Origin: Eledone cirrhosa
Lineage: Eukaryota
Reading direction: 5' to 3'
DNA: 64,000 nt
Assembly: GCA_964016885.1 (NCBI GenBank)
Contig: OZ024742.1
Span: 57,288,001 to 57,352,000 of the forward strand
The position numbers and the translations under genes were made by a program. Shown one piece after another: positions 13,416 through 28,540 of this stretch. Within the stretch, counting starts at the first letter, position 1. Each line of letters begins with the position of its first letter. The notes below the pieces were generated by a model that was not told the DNA's origin, made no database searches, and worked only from the letters and a program-made list of their open reading frames with translations.

Positions 13416-14078
13416 AGGCCTCAAAGATTAAACTTTATGTATAAAGTGTTTTGTTCAAAGTTCTACCGCGTCTTTCAACCTTACGGCTTATTCTTTAGAA
13501 AATATGAAACATTATAAACTTTGCTAGAAGCTCACAATGTTTGATGTATGGAGTCAATTTATCTACTGTGTTTGTTATAAAGGACAATGTCAACTATGAC
13601 ACGATATGAACTTAGAACATAAATTAACCTGACTAGATACCATCTGACATTGAGTCCAACATTCTATATTTTGTAACCCCAACACTATCCACACCATCAT
13701 TGTCTTCATTTGTTTTGTTTAGTGATTTTTGGTGTTTTGTTGGTTTTTATTTTTTATTTTTGTTTTTTGTATGTGTGTTTGTTTTTTCGTTTTTGAAGAA
13801 TAATATTTTAGGAATTCTATTCCGGTGCCAATATATAGTTTGTTTCGTTTACAAGACCACCCTAATATAGCGCTGATAATATATAAGCTGTCTTATCGAC
13901 AATTTTTGTTTGTTTTTTTATTATATTATGAAATTTATGGTAATTTCTCAAAGACATTTTACCTCATAAACATGGCAGCTGTCAACACAGTTATCAAGTC
14001 TAGTTAAAATTACAAAACGTTTGCCGCACACGGTGCCGGGATTTAAATAGTTAGGGTCAAAAATACAGGCGATTTTTG

Positions 14079-14177
14079 CAGAGGTCAACAGTGATAGAGC
14101 AAAAACCACCAACAATATCACCATAGCCAGAGGTCAGCAGAGATAGAGCAAAAACCACCAACAATATCACCATAGCC
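14079..14177 (+). repeat. Tandem duplication of a ~49-bp unit
   Basis: cagaggtca.cag.gatagagcaaaaaccaccaacaatatcaccatagcc occurs twice. Confidence 0.85.
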
Positions 14178-14499
14178 TGGTGGTTATGGTGTTGGAATTA
14201 TGATCATAGTGTCATGAGTTCGATTCCTGGAACGGATGTGTGTTGTGTTGTTTCCATTTGTGTTGTTTTCATTTCCCATTGCTCCAGTATACTCAACTGA
14301 AAATGTGTACCAGCAGTAGCTAGTGGTTTAACCTTGTGATGGTATGTCATTATGTCCAGGACGTCTTGTACACTCAGTCACTTAACGCCAAGGAAACCTG
14401 TAAAAACTGGTGTAAATGCCGGCCTAATGAACTTCGGGACTTTAGATTTTTTTATCATTCTTATCAACATAATCTTCATCATGAAGTCATCAAATATAG

Positions 14500-14600
14500 A
14501 ATACCATCTGTAAGAATGAAAGGCAAAGCTAACCTCGACGGGATTTGAACTCAGAACTCTATGTCACGAAGCCTAGTGTCCGACGCTCTACCGATATTGT
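14500..14600 (-). mobile_element. SINE family A, partial
   Basis: gaatgaaaggcaaagctaacctcgacgggatttgaactcag..ctctaccgata. Confidence 0.7.
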
Positions 14601-14604
14601 TTTC

Positions 14605-15940
14605 TTTAACAGTACATTAAGGACAGCACAGGATGTAACAAAAAACCGAAACAAAGGAAAATTCCCTAATAGGAAGGAGACTTCCGAGAGTCACTCGTGG
14701 ATAAAACCTACAAAACACCACGGTGACCCTGATCACCAGGGCAAGTGAACCCGCCCAGTTTTCCACCCAGAGCTTCTCCGAATGCGTCGTCGTGATCTGG
14801 AGAAGTATCTCCAGATCAACTCCGGACCAGTCCTCCCTGGCTGTTCACAAACACACATCCCAAGAGCCACCACAAATCTAGTCCTGCAGGAATCCTGGGA
14901 ATGCGGACTCTTATAGTTCTTTTTCCCATATAGTAGGGGCACATGATGACCTAGCTGGTTTTGCAAAGAGTCACTGAGTGTTTTATAGCGAGGGCTTCTG
15001 ACTTAAACAGTACCAAGATGGTGCCGTATTGTCTGCCCCTCGCCATGTATTCTGTGTCATCTCTGATGCACCTCAGTGCAGCTTCAATTTCTGCCTGGGG
15101 AGTGTTAGTCCCTTTTTTCGTTTCTACTGAGATGCATCTAACGACCACAATTCTCCTCTCCACCGCTTCTGCAGAGACAGTTAAGTTGGCCCAGGTTTGC
15201 TCTTGTTTAATGACCTTCCAGGCTTGGGCCAACTTTTTCTTTTTTGTGTCTCAGGTCCATGCTAAAGCATGACGTTTTTAGCTGCTGCAGCGAAAGAGTT
15301 TTATTTTTTGTCTGTATTGATGTTGCCGGTGCTGTTGCTGGTCAGATTGTTGGTGATGTTGTTGTTGGTGGTGGTATCATTGTTGTTGTTGCTGCTTTCA
15401 CATTTGCTCCTGTTGTTGATGTTGCTGTCGCAGTTGCAGTTGGTGTTGTTCTTGGTGCAGTTGTTTTTTTCATTATTGCAGTTGGTGTTAGTGTTGTTGT
15501 TTTTACTTTCTTTGTTACTCTTAGTGATGTTGGAGCTGTTGCTGCCGTTGCTCTCTTCAGCTGTTTCGTTGTTGCAGTTGATTTTGCATGTTGTGTTTGT
15601 AATTAATTTTTGTGGACCCATAATTGTGCTTCTGCCTCCCCCCCCCCCCTCAACTCTCAAGTCGCTATCCTGAGACGACAGAGTTAATGATGGAGGGGGG
15701 CGTTTCACGTCCTTTTTTGGGGGGGATGGGGGGGATAAATTTTCAAAAGAAGCAAAGTTCAAATAATTGGGCCAAAAGCCAAAAGCCCAATTATTATGGA
15801 GTCGCCTTTACACAATGCAAAGACGGGTATCTTATGACCCCTTTGACTCAAAAAATACAACAATTATTTCAATTCAAAAACTTGAAATATAACCAACTCG
15901 TGGAGCTCACAAAAACACGTCTTCTCAGTCCGACAACCAA
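14605..15940 (-). mobile_element. Internally deleted L1/Tx1-like LINE (5' UTR, ORF1 remnant, 3' UTR)
   Basis: Low-complexity N-terminus 15301..15762 followed by RRM-like segment 14951..15232; T-rich 3' UTR; hairpin at about 15757-15800 echoed at about 60625-60662. Family call is an inference. Confidence 0.45.
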
Positions 15941-18274
15941 TAATATTAATAATAATAATGACGGGTTGTTCACGGATGAAAAACTTTTGGTTATAGGTCT
16001 AGTGAGTAAACTATGACTACAACGCAAAAACTATGTCACATGACGCATGTGTTTTATTTCATGTGGATCCATACCTGTCAAGCAACTTTGCGTTAGTTAA
16101 AAGAGGAAATAAACTAATCATTCCACTTTACAAATAAATGCCATTGGTTGTTCAGTTTATAATATGCAGCTAGCGTCGCGTGGCATAGCAGAAATGCATC
16201 ACACAGTCAATTGTGTAGAGTTTTCTCCTCTTTTTTAAACAAAATTTCTCGCTACTCCACCTCCTTCATTCTTTTTTTTATTTCTCTCTTCTTGTTTATT
16301 ATATGTTTATAATATATGGTTTATTCAATAGAATAGTTTAAAGCCATGTTTAGAGGAAGGATTTACTGACATTCTCATGAACAGTTCTCCGCCGTCCACC
16401 AACAGTCAAAGGTTAAGAGAAACTCCAAGTTGAAAACCTAAGCTGGTATTACCAAATATTGATCGAAAGATTGCCTATTTTGCAAGTGTTTTATCGATCA
16501 ACTAAGGCGCTTGATCAGATTATCGTTGTTATTTTATTTGGTTTTTATATAAACAGAAAAAAAACATTAATAAAACCACAGCATAAGAAGATTTACACTG
16601 AAAAACTTCTAAATTTTAGGTTTATTTTTTAGTGTTGTTTTCCTGTAATATTTAGAAATTCAAAATGTCGAAAATTTAAATACCAGCGGGTATTTCATTT
16701 CAAAACAAATGTTTCATTTTTAGGTTCTGGTATTTACTTGTGTTTACTTCTGTTTACTTCCCATGCATAGTTTAAACATGTTATTGTTGTTGGTGGTGGT
16801 GGTGCTGCTGCTGCTGTTGTTGTTATTAGTTTTGTTGTTGTTAGAAGTGTCGTTTTTGTTTTGTTGGTCGTGGTAGGTGATTTGGGTGGCGGTGTCGTTA
16901 CTGTTTTTTTGTGGTGCTGGTGGTGGTGGCGATTGTTGTCGGTCGTCCTCAATCAGGTAATGGTGGTGGTAGTGGTGTTTGTGTTTGTTGTTGTGGTGCG
17001 GTCGTGGTGGTGGTGGTGGTGGTGTAGGAGGAGGACGGGGTGGAAAAGGTGGTGAGTGGGTGGTGGTGGTGGCGGTGGTGGTAGGGGTGGTGATATCGTT
17101 GCTGTTGTTTGTTGTTTTTTTTGTTTTTTTATTCTCTATCCAAGTTTGTCGGAGTAACTGAGAACTTTTCACATGAATCTGACACAGAAGATCAATGTCA
17201 AACCGATCAGAAAAATATCACGTAACCGGAGCAATGTTGCACAGTTTGAACTTTCTTACAACTAACAATATATTTTTAAGAAGCTTCTTTGTATTTTCTT
17301 TCTTAGTTCTTAATTCTTTTCTTTTTAAATCGTTTCCATCGTTTGTTTGTTGTTTGTTTGTCTGGGGACATATTTCGTTGTTTTGTTGGGCTTACTTATT
17401 TTTTTTTCTGTTAAGAAGAAAGAAGTATTACATTTTATCAATAATCACTTCTCAGCGTTGCCATATCAATAATCGCTTCTCAGTGTAGCCATATCAATAA
17501 TCAATACACGGTGTAGCCATTCTCACACGAAACAGAATTCAATCATTATTATATCTTCAGCATCAACCTTCTGCGATGACAGATGGGTGTACACTCACAC
17601 ACACAGAAACACACTCACACACACACTAACTCTCACGCCCACACACACACATACGCACACACACTTGTATATAATTATGCATACATGCATACATACATAT
17701 ATGCGTGCACACTTATATACATCTATACGTGCAAACATAAATACATATACAGATATATACATACATACATCTATACATATATGCATACGCACTTACTGAC
17801 ATACATGTATACACACATACACATGTGCATATATACTGACATATCTATACACACATATTTACACACAGATGCATGCGCAAGCATACATGTTATAATAGTT
17901 ATGTACATATACACACACATCAAATAAAATCTCAGTTTTTTTACTTTCTACATGTGTATATACATACTGCCAGCACCCCTCAAACACAAGCATGCAATAT
18001 ATACGACACATCAATATATATGTACAGACTTCATTGATTCCAAACAGATACATTCTATTATGTAGCTAAATACATATGAACTACACCATTCACACATATA
18101 TATGCACACGTACACACATCAATGCATACATACAAACCTTATTGATTCAATGCACATACATTCTATATGGACCTAAATATATAGAGTTAGACGAAAAGAA
18201 AAAACTGGAAAAACACATGAAAACAGGGAGAGGAATGAAAGCAAACCGAATACTTAGTTTTAGAATTACGAATC

Positions 18275-18450
18275 AATTTACAATTTTGGTGTTGGGGGAA
18301 GCTAATTCAATCACCCTAGTACTTAACTGGTACTTTATTTTATCGACCCTGAAAGGAGGAAAGGCAAAATTGACCTCAGCAGAATTTGAATTCAGAAGGT
18401 AAAAAGCCCGAACAAATATTTTCCCGACATTCTAACGATTCTGTCAGTTA
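18275..18450 (-). mobile_element. SINE family A, diverged copy
   Basis: ctggtactttattttatcgaccctgaaaggaggaaggcaaaattgacctcagcagaatttgaattcag. Confidence 0.75.
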
Positions 18451-21400
18451 CCGCTCTGTTACAAGTGACGAGCGCTCCAGCCTTTGGCATGAAAGTCCAG
18501 CCAGATTAATTAAGGATGATTGATTTTGATAAGACCCTCATGAAATCGTGTCTGAAGACTCTGTCCCTGCTACCCTGCCAAGAAGAAGAAGAAGAAGAAG
18601 AAGAAGAAGAAGAAATTTAACACCTTTTTCGTGATGTCTTTTTAGATAATATAAGAAGACATTAACAACTCTTTCAATTTCTTGCTCTCTCGTGTAACAT
18701 TGATTTCTAATTTAGATACAAAGCCAACAATGAGAGGGGAGGGGGAAGTCAATTATATCGACCCTGTACTTAGTTGGATGAAAGGCAAAATCGATCTGGG
18801 CGGGAATTGAACAGTTGTAACTAAATACCACAAAGCATTTTGTCCAAGGCTCTTCCAAGAATACTAATCCACTCCCTCTTTTTGTGTATTATTAAATCTG
18901 TATTAGTACTCTGCAATACTGGCAAATGTGTGTGATGATATCGGGAAAATACGAACAATTTAGCTTTAGTTTCTAGCAATTAACAAAGATTAAGCTGTTT
19001 AATAAATGTATTATTTTATTATTGTCATCAATATTTTCTTCTTCAAGTGTTTTCTTGTGTAAATTATGTTTTTATAGTATGTGACATCTTATACAAATAC
19101 TGTTTCGTAATAGGAGCTATAAACTTTTCATTCATTGCTTCATAAATAATGACTATTATTCCCGATAAATTTAACTGTCATTATTCATTAACATTATTAT
19201 TTCATTATCCTTTTTAATAATTATTTTTTAATCACTATTATTTAATTATTTAGGCTCTGTATGAATTTCTGTCGCTAAACTTGACATCCACCATTTCTTT
19301 TCTGATTTTATTCTCAAGTGCTTCACAAATTCCGAACTTGAGAAATTGGGAATGTTTTTGTTTGTATATTTTTCGGGAACGGGTAATTATCCAAGATTTC
19401 ATTTCTTTCCTGAACTAGATTACACTGGGATTCGCGTCTTCGCTTTGTTTCTAGCAAGTTACCTGAAAAAAATGAATATTTTGAATCAGAATGGACATTA
19501 TGACATGTGTACCTCTCCCCGCGTCATTAGTGGTCTTAACAACCAGAAAGGTTTCAACATCGGATTGAAACCGCATCAAAATCTTCACGTGTAATACTTT
19601 CAGGTTTTAATCTCCGGCCTTCTTCTTCTTCTTCTTCTTCTTCTTCTTCTTCTTCTTCTTCTTCTTCTTCTTCTTCTTCTTCTTCTTCTTCTTCTTCTTC
19701 TTCTTCTTCTTTTTGAGTCTACAAATAATCTATCAGCCAAAAGGCAGTGGATTGGCAGAACCGTTTGAGCGTTGGACCTTGTGATATTTTCCAGTTCTTT
19801 GAATTCTAAGTTCAAATCTTACCGTCCCCTTTTTTGGATTGTAGACTTAATCTGTCATTCGGTTTACTACCTCCAGATGGACCTTGGATGGTAAATTTAA
19901 TCCGTCATCCGGTTTACCCATCACCATGTGGTTCCTGGATGTGGTGCACTTCAACACCACCAACGGGGCATTGGGTGCCTTCAGTGGATTCAGCTTTGTT
20001 GTAAATATTAAGACCAGGTTGCTGGTTTAAGGATAACATCCTCCATCTCGCAACCTTACATAAGTCTTAGAAAATATGCCCTTCCTCTTGACGAACTGAT
20101 AACAACTTTACAACATTAATACTTGCTTTATCAATACTGGATCAATATAAGGATCAGTGAATCCTGGTGCGTTTTGAAATGAAAACGTGAGGGAAACTAA
20201 TTAAATAAATAAATGTTAGTTTTGCTTTCCACCGCTTCAGCTGCGACACCGCCATTAATATAATCGATTGAAGTTGCATGTTATCGAATTTGCTGTTGAA
20301 TAGAAAAAGATTGTGAACAATTTTAAAGAACTATGAAAAACTGGAATAGAAATCAAACGCATAAAACCAAGAACATTTCAAAGAAACTTGGTAAAATCTA
20401 AAAAATATATATCTTAAATATAGACTTAAATTTCTAAAAGAATATTTTACAAATTTTAAATCGAGTTTCTTTTACATTTTCTGAGTGCGTATCTGCGGGG
20501 AGAGCATGGGCGTACATGGGTATGGATGGGTGCGTGAATTTGTATGTGCGTGTGAGTGTATGTGTGTGCGTATACATATGAATGTGTATGTGTGTCTATG
20601 TGTATGCGTGTGCGTGCGTGCATATATGTTGAGATGGAGATAAATGTTTAGTGTAATAAGTAACAAACTAAGCATGTTTCTAAATCTATCTTTCTACCAT
20701 TCCACAGCATTAAGTATAGAGAAAATATTGAATGTAGTGCTGATTAACCCTAAGCCAGCACTGGCCGAGATGAGCTATTATCAAAAGCGTTTCAATCATG
20801 ACCACCACGCCTATTAGAATATCTATGAAGGCGCGTGCCTAGTGGGTAGGGTATTGAACTTATGATCATAATCTCGTGGGTTCGAATGGCAGTAAAGCAG
20901 TTATTTTTATGTGGATATATATTATTAATAAGAGACTACGGTCTTAATAAATTGAAAAACATGTAAAAATAAGGACTTCTAGCTTTGGCAAAACCTACAA
21001 ATATCATTCAGGAGGTAGAATCGATTGCAGTGTTTGTCGGTTACTCACATACATGTGCCATTGACCTATGTTCCCCCTCCTATCGGTATGTTTACTTCCT
21101 TTTTTCTTTTTTTCTTCTCCCCTTTCATTTTTTCTTTCTCTCTCTTTGCTATCACTTCTCATCTCTTGTTTGTGTCGCCTTACCTTCTAACACTCGTTAT
21201 CAGTAACCACACAGCCTCGCCTTCCTCAATCCATATTTTTGTATATATATATATAAATTTTAGTACAGCATTGACGAAGCTTTAGAATATGGCCAAGCTA
21301 GCGTATATGCATAATCGGTCTGTATTTGAGCACTCAGATGAGGAAAGACCCCAGAGTAGTAACATTACGTTCAGACAGCTTAGCAAATCAGATATAGCGG

Positions 21401-21779
21401 TCGGCAGTCCAGCCGCATCACCAGAGCAACGAAAATACAGGACCCAGGAAAAGATTTTATACTGACCCGGACATAGCGGTGAGGCTGAGTGAAAAATATA
21501 TAACTTACATCGTATATCAACAATATACATCACATATAGCATCCAACATCAGCGCTAAGTTTCTGCAAATCCAAGATCGACAAATTCCTATTGCAGGAGT
21601 CTGCAATATAGTGGTTTTTGACGACAGAACATAGGATTTACTTCTTCAGCAAGTCTTTCGTTCTTAGCCTGAGCGGGTATGTTGTAGCTTTAAGTGTCGC
21701 CACAGACACGTGGTTTACTCCAAGGGAGGTAACCCCCGCTTAGGCGGTGAATTCTAATTTGAGATAAAGGAATGAATCA

Positions 21780-23300
21780 CTACCACTCTTCTTCGTCTGG
21801 ATGAGCTTGTTTTGACCCTCAATGGCTTTTCCTTTTCCGGTGAATTCTATCGACAGGTCCCTGGGGTAGCGATGGGAACCAGAATGGGACCAAACTATGC
21901 CAACTTGTTTGAAGCCCAGATCTTCTCCCAGTATGCTGGCCTACTCCTGAGCTATACGGTCGTTGTATTGACGACCGTATCGGCGCCACCTCTCTATCAC
22001 GTGAACAGCTCGACTGCTTTCTATCTTTTGTCCAATCTTTTCATCCCGCTTTCACCTTCACCACCACCGTCTCCGATTCTTCTGTCCCTTTTCTCAATAT
22101 CTCTCTATCTATCAATCACTTCCATCACACCCTCTCTACTTCCATCTTCTATAAACCGACTGACTCCCACTCTTACCTTGACTTCACCTCCTCCCATCCA
22201 ACCCACACCAAACACTCCATACCCTATTCCCAATTCCTCCATCTTCATCGGTTCTGTAGCCAGGGCGACGATTTCGAAACCCATTCCCTTCGCATGGCCT
22301 CCTGCTTCATCCAGTATGGATATCCCTCCACCCTGATTCAAACTGCTCTCACCCGTTCCCGTGAAACCGACCGTACCACAGCCCTCTCACCTACCACCCC
22401 ATCACCCTACCACTCCGGTGACATATTCCCTGTTCCTTCCGCGCCCTCTCTTCTGAACCCGTCACTTCTCGCTTTTTTCCTATTCCACCTGTTACTGCAT
22501 TTAAGAGCACCCGTAACCTCCGCAACTTCCTGGTACGCAGTTCCTTCTTGTCCTCTCCTACGACTCCACCCGGCTCTCCTCCTTGTTCTCGTCCCTGCTG
22601 TTACACTTGTCCTTTCATTTCCACCCTCACCACTCTCACAGGCCACAACGGTTTATTCTGTATCCGTCACTCCTTCACCTCCACCCGCGTTGTCTATGCC
22701 CTTCGGTGTTCCCTTTACGGACAAACGGGAAGCCATTTGGCAGACCGTTTTGCTGAACATTTGAAGGACATACGACTCGGTTTGGATACTCCCGTCACCC
22801 GTCATGTCCGTTCCCCGGGTCATTCTTCCCTACATGTCTCAGTACTGGGCCTCCTTTTACATCATGGAGCACAGGACTCGCGCACCAGGACTGAATAGGG
22901 TCTGATTTACCGCCTAGGGTCTGTTTCCCTAATGTACTCAACTCCTCTCCCCAATTTCTTTAATACCCCGTCTGTTATCTCACACGCGCTTGTACATTCA
23001 CCTCTAGATTCCTATGGATCTCTTATGGTTCGAAACATATATTCTTACAGCTAATACAAACCAACAAATACGCACACTCCACTTTTCCCTTCACAGATCT
23101 GTACACACACACACACACACACAAATATTAACATATTTTTGCTCATAGCTTCGTAGTTACAAGCACACACACTCTTTTACTTACATATACACACACATAT
23201 TCTCTTAGCTTCGTACGGACGTATAATAACACATGCTATTTCAAGCGTTAACCTAATATATTCCCTCAATATACTGTACCGATTGTGTTGTTAGTTCTGT
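21780..23300 (+). mobile_element. Penelope-like element (Neptune-like), degraded
   Basis: RT GVAMGTRMGPNYANLF, then CIDD and YKPTDSHSYL..SSHP across frames; EN 22548..22898 CSRPCCYTC..VVY..GQT..DRFAEH..PVTRH. Confidence 0.85.
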
Positions 23301-23305
23301 TTACC

Positions 23306-24133
<828 letters not shown>

Positions 24134-24134
24134 A

Positions 24135-24174
<40 letters not shown>

Positions 24175-25614
24175 TTTTTTTTCGCTAATTCCAAAGCCGA
24201 AATACGATTCTCGCTAATTTATATTTGTATTAATCTCCAGAGTCTAGCTATTGACCAGTTAATTTTCGTGATTTTTTTAGTTGATTCTATTGACTGATGA
24301 ATAGCTTTTGTTAACTTATAACCATTCTGTTGAGAGCTTAATTCGTTTTGTGATATTTTACATTTTTGCAATAATATACACATACTGAATTTCATCCGCC
24401 AAAAATAAGGGTTGCCTCCCTTGTCGAGCCCCACGTGGGTATCGGTAACGGTCATTCCTTTGCCTGGCACTTGAACTAAAACCTGTTGAGAAAGTGACTT
24501 CCTTGTTCAATCATCTTACCAGAAGCCTAACATTATTTGTCTATTGGCAGTATCGGTAGAGAGTCGGACGTCATGCTTTCCAGCATAGTTACGTCCCTTT
24601 ACGGTCTGAGTTCAAATCCCGCCGAGGTTAACTTTGCCTTTCATCCTTACGGGGTCGATAAAAGAAAGTACCAGTAATGTACTGGGTAATTGATGGCCTT
24701 GTGCCAAAAGTATAAACAATTATTTGTCTAAGCGGACAGTACTTGATTTAGGAGTCGCAGAAACCCAAATGCTGGATTTTACCATCCATCCAGGGGTCCG
24801 GGTAAATTTTTCAATCACATATTTTTTTATTTGTTTGACTCGAATTACTTGGTCGTTTCTATGGCTATGCGGATGACGGTTTAACCATCGTCTCAGTGTG
24901 TTTGGCCTTTAACGTATGTTGTAGCTCTGGTTCGTCAGAATTATTGAGCGCTTGCCACACATCTCGGAAGTTGTTTTTCGCTAATTCCAAAGCCGAAATA
25001 CGATTCTCGCTAATTTATATTTGTATTAATCTCCAGAGTCTAGCTATTGACCAGTTAATTTTCGTGATTTTTTTAGTTGATTCTATTGACTGATGAATAG
25101 CTTTTGTTAACTTATAACCATTCTGTTGAGAGCTTTATTCGTTTTGTGATATTTTGCATTTTTGCAATAATATACACATACTGAATTTCATCCGCCAAAA
25201 ATAAGGGTTGCCTCCCTTGTCGAGCCCACGTGGGTATCGGTAACGGTCATTCCTTTCCTGGCACTCGAACTAAAACCTGTTGAGACAGTGACTTCCTTGT
25301 TCAATCATCTTACCAGAAGCCTAACATTATTTGTCTAAGCGGACAGTACTTGATTTAGGAGTCGCAGAAACCCAAATGCTGGTTTTTACCAACCATCCAG
25401 GGGCAGGGTAAATTTTTCAATCACATTTTTTTATTTGTTTGACCCGAATTATTTGGTCGTTTCTATGGCTATGCGGATGACGGTTTAACCATCGTCTCAG
25501 TGTGTTTGGCCTTTAACGTATGTTGTAGCTCTGGTTCGTCAGGATTATTGAGCGCTTGCCACACATCTCGGAAGTTGTTTTTCGCTAATTCCAAAGCCGA
25601 AATACGATTCTCGC

Positions 25615-25620
<6 letters not shown>
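24175..25620 (+). mobile_element. Non-coding tandem element, about 2.07 copies of a 603-bp unit, ending in (TA)n
   Basis: ttcgctaattccaaagccgaaatacgattctcgctaatt at about 24181, 24977 and 25581. Confidence 0.85.
24544..24718 (+). mobile_element. tRNA-derived SINE family A with 12-bp TSD
   Basis: A box tggcagtatcgg; B box gttcaaatcc (24610); TSD attatttgtcta at 24532-24543 and 24719-24730; empty site in the second unit at about 25327. Confidence 0.92.
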
Positions 25621-25699
<79 letters not shown>

Positions 25700-25701
<2 letters not shown>

Positions 25702-27385
25702 CAGGAGGCTGGACTATATATATATAAATGAAATACTGAATGAACATTACAAAAGTGCGTTCACGCTCCCATCGAGGCATGTGCAAATAATAAAGCCAGA
25801 GGATTTCTTTGATGCCACAACACTCCATGAATAAATGGTGACCATCAACCACATAGACATAACGGAGGGAGATGTGATATTCGCCACAGAGGAAATGATA
25901 GCAAACTCAGCTGCTGGACCTAATGGATTCCCAGTAGTCTTCCTAAAAACATGTAAGCGTGCCTTAACTAAACCTCTAAAGGTCTTTGGCTAGCGGTAAA
26001 CTACCCAGATAGCTAAAACAAGGCACAATATACCCTATCCATAAAGGAGGAAGCATAGTGGAGGCCAAAAACTACAGGCCATTCTCCCTGATGTCACATA
26101 TCAGTAAGGTCATGGAACAAATCATCAGAAAGAAACTGATCACGTTCCTCGAGGAAAATGACCGCCTAACAAATACGCAGCATGGCTTTCGCCCAGGAAT
26201 AGGCTGCCTTACATAGCTGTTACAATACTGTGGCCTGGTGCTGAAACAACTGCTGGAAAGCTCACATGTGGACGTGATATATCTTGACTTTGCGAAGGCC
26301 TTTGACAAGGTCGACCACGGAATGATATGTCACAAACTACACAGACTCATATAACTGGAAAAGTAGGTGAGTGACTGCGTGATTTCTTAAAAGACAGAAA
26401 CCAAAGTTGCAGCCATTGGAACCCTCTCAAAGGAAACCTCAATAACAAGTGGGTACCCCAGGGCACAGTCTTGACACCACTACTGTTTTTGGAGGCTTTC
26501 TCAGACATGCCCTCTGTAGTACATACAACATCCCTCACTAGCTATGTAGATGACACAAAGGTAGCACAGGCAATCAAAATCAGGAGGGATCGAAATCTCC
26601 GTGTCGCAATCGTTACGAGACCTGGAGATACACATGAGTGACGATGCATCTCTTTCTTCACACATCATGAGTGTGACGACAATGTGCAAGCGACTCGCTG
26701 GCTGGATCTTGAGGACTTTCCGGACAAGAGACCGCGAGATCATCTTGATACTATGGAGGACATTTCTCCGAAGTCGACTGGACTACTGCTCCCAACTGTG
26801 GTCACCCCATAGTATCCAACTAACCACGGAGTTTGAGGCAATCCAACGAAGCTACACCAAGAGGATTGCCACGATGAAGGAGATGAGCTACTGGGAGAAG
26901 CTAAAATAACTGAAACTCTACTCCTTGGAACGAAGACGGGAGAAATACACAGCGATATACATATGGAAAATACTGGAGGGACTAGCAACAAACTTTGGCA
27001 TTGAGAGCTGGACAGACCCCCCCCCCCCGAACAGGACGTCACTGCATGGTGCCAAATGTCCCGTCTTTCACATCTAAAATAACGAGCAGATATTGCAATG
27101 GCCTGGGGTTCAAGAACCCTCAGCTCTTCAACAAGATGCCAAGAAATTTGAGAGATCTGCATGGTGTGGACGTGGATGCTTTTAAGAAACATATTGACGC
27201 CACACACGGTATGAAGGTAACCTAAGCACGGTATGAAGGTAACCTAAGGGCAGCAACAACGTACTCCCTCTTACACCAATGGCCAGCTAACACAGGATGG
27301 AGATAGAACGCGTAGCAACAAGGACAGTGCCCCAGCATAGCCTCAGCCGGATGGCTGGAACAGGTAAGAGAGTAAAAGAGTAAAT
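25700..27385 (+). mobile_element. CR1-group LINE RT, degraded and 5'-truncated, flanked by (TA)n
   Basis: NYRP, QHGFR, YLDFAKAFDKVDH, GVPQG, YVDD, RLDYCSQLWSP and KLYSLERR across frames; homologous to 61472..63394. Confidence 0.88.
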
Positions 27386-27411
27386 ATATATATGCATATG
27401 TATATCTACAC

Positions 27412-27477
<66 letters not shown>

Positions 27478-27480
27478 TAT

Positions 27481-27679
27481 ATAGGAACAAGTAAGACCCC
27501 GACGGCTGAGCTCAAGCCGTTTCGACGGCTAATTCTGGACTTAGTCCAAAATTAGCCGTCGAAACGGCTTGAGCTCAGCCGTCGGGGTCTTACTCGTTCC
27601 TATTACCCACTCTACTACCCTAAGTATTGAGTACTTTGGTGCGTTATGGTCCACCTGGTTCCTTACCACATTTCCTTCG

Positions 27680-27681
<2 letters not shown>
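27481..27681 (+). mobile_element. (TA)n-embedded palindromic pLTR remnant with the 3' half of an HHR
   Basis: 27481-27540 is the inverse of 27544-27603; GAAA-cggc..gccg-TC; 3' motif ttgagtac. Confidence 0.7.
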
Positions 27682-27717
<36 letters not shown>

Positions 27718-27984
27718 GAAAAGTAAAGACAGCTTCGTCAGAATATGACGTCAGAGTGGTAAAGTGCCCCAAGTCAATACTGGGAGGCATTTAGTTCGGT
27801 ACACCGTGTATAAAACTCTACTTCATTTGTTATGTATATTTGCTGTTTATATGTATATATGTATGTGTGTGTTTGTGTGTGCGTGTGTGCGTGTGTGCGT
27901 GCGTGTTCATGTATGTATATATATATATGCGTGTGTATATATTTATATATACACATACATACATGCACACGTACACACACAAAC

Positions 27985-28018
<34 letters not shown>

Positions 28019-28019
28019 T

Positions 28020-28112
<93 letters not shown>

Positions 28113-28453
28113 TTAAAGTTAATAAGTTAAAGAGAACTTTATTGTCCTTTGTTGATTTTTTGGTTTTGTTTTTGTGATCTTTTTTATCTTTTTGTTTTTT
28201 GTTTTTTATAAGCAGCTGCAGGGAAACTTTAATAACAATTCTAAAGAAATATGAAAATATTAAAATCTGAAAATTTGAAATTTAATTCCAAACAGAAAAC
28301 TAAAAAATCTACACACGAAAAAAGCAACTTAAATACAAAAATATTGCAAAAATGTCCAATATATATACTTAAATACTTTTATGTTTTTACGTATTTCAAA
28401 TTGAATTTCTTGCATTTTTCATTCTCACTAGATATGTATGACTGACTATGTGC

Positions 28454-28540
<87 letters not shown>

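Noticed and set aside
21268-21312. Degenerate HHR (ttgacga agct..agct)
   Set aside because: GAAA absent; too decayed to support
24198-24312. Permuted HHR from GAAA (about 24200) and CTGATGA (24294)
   Set aside because: Stems I and III too weak; likely chance
24544-24625. tRNA genes
   Set aside because: A/B boxes belong to SINE heads; no cloverleaf
25505-25562. Pistol ribozyme (AAGCG and GTTAAA words on the minus strand)
   Set aside because: Wrong motif order, with no pseudoknot partner or GU cleavage site
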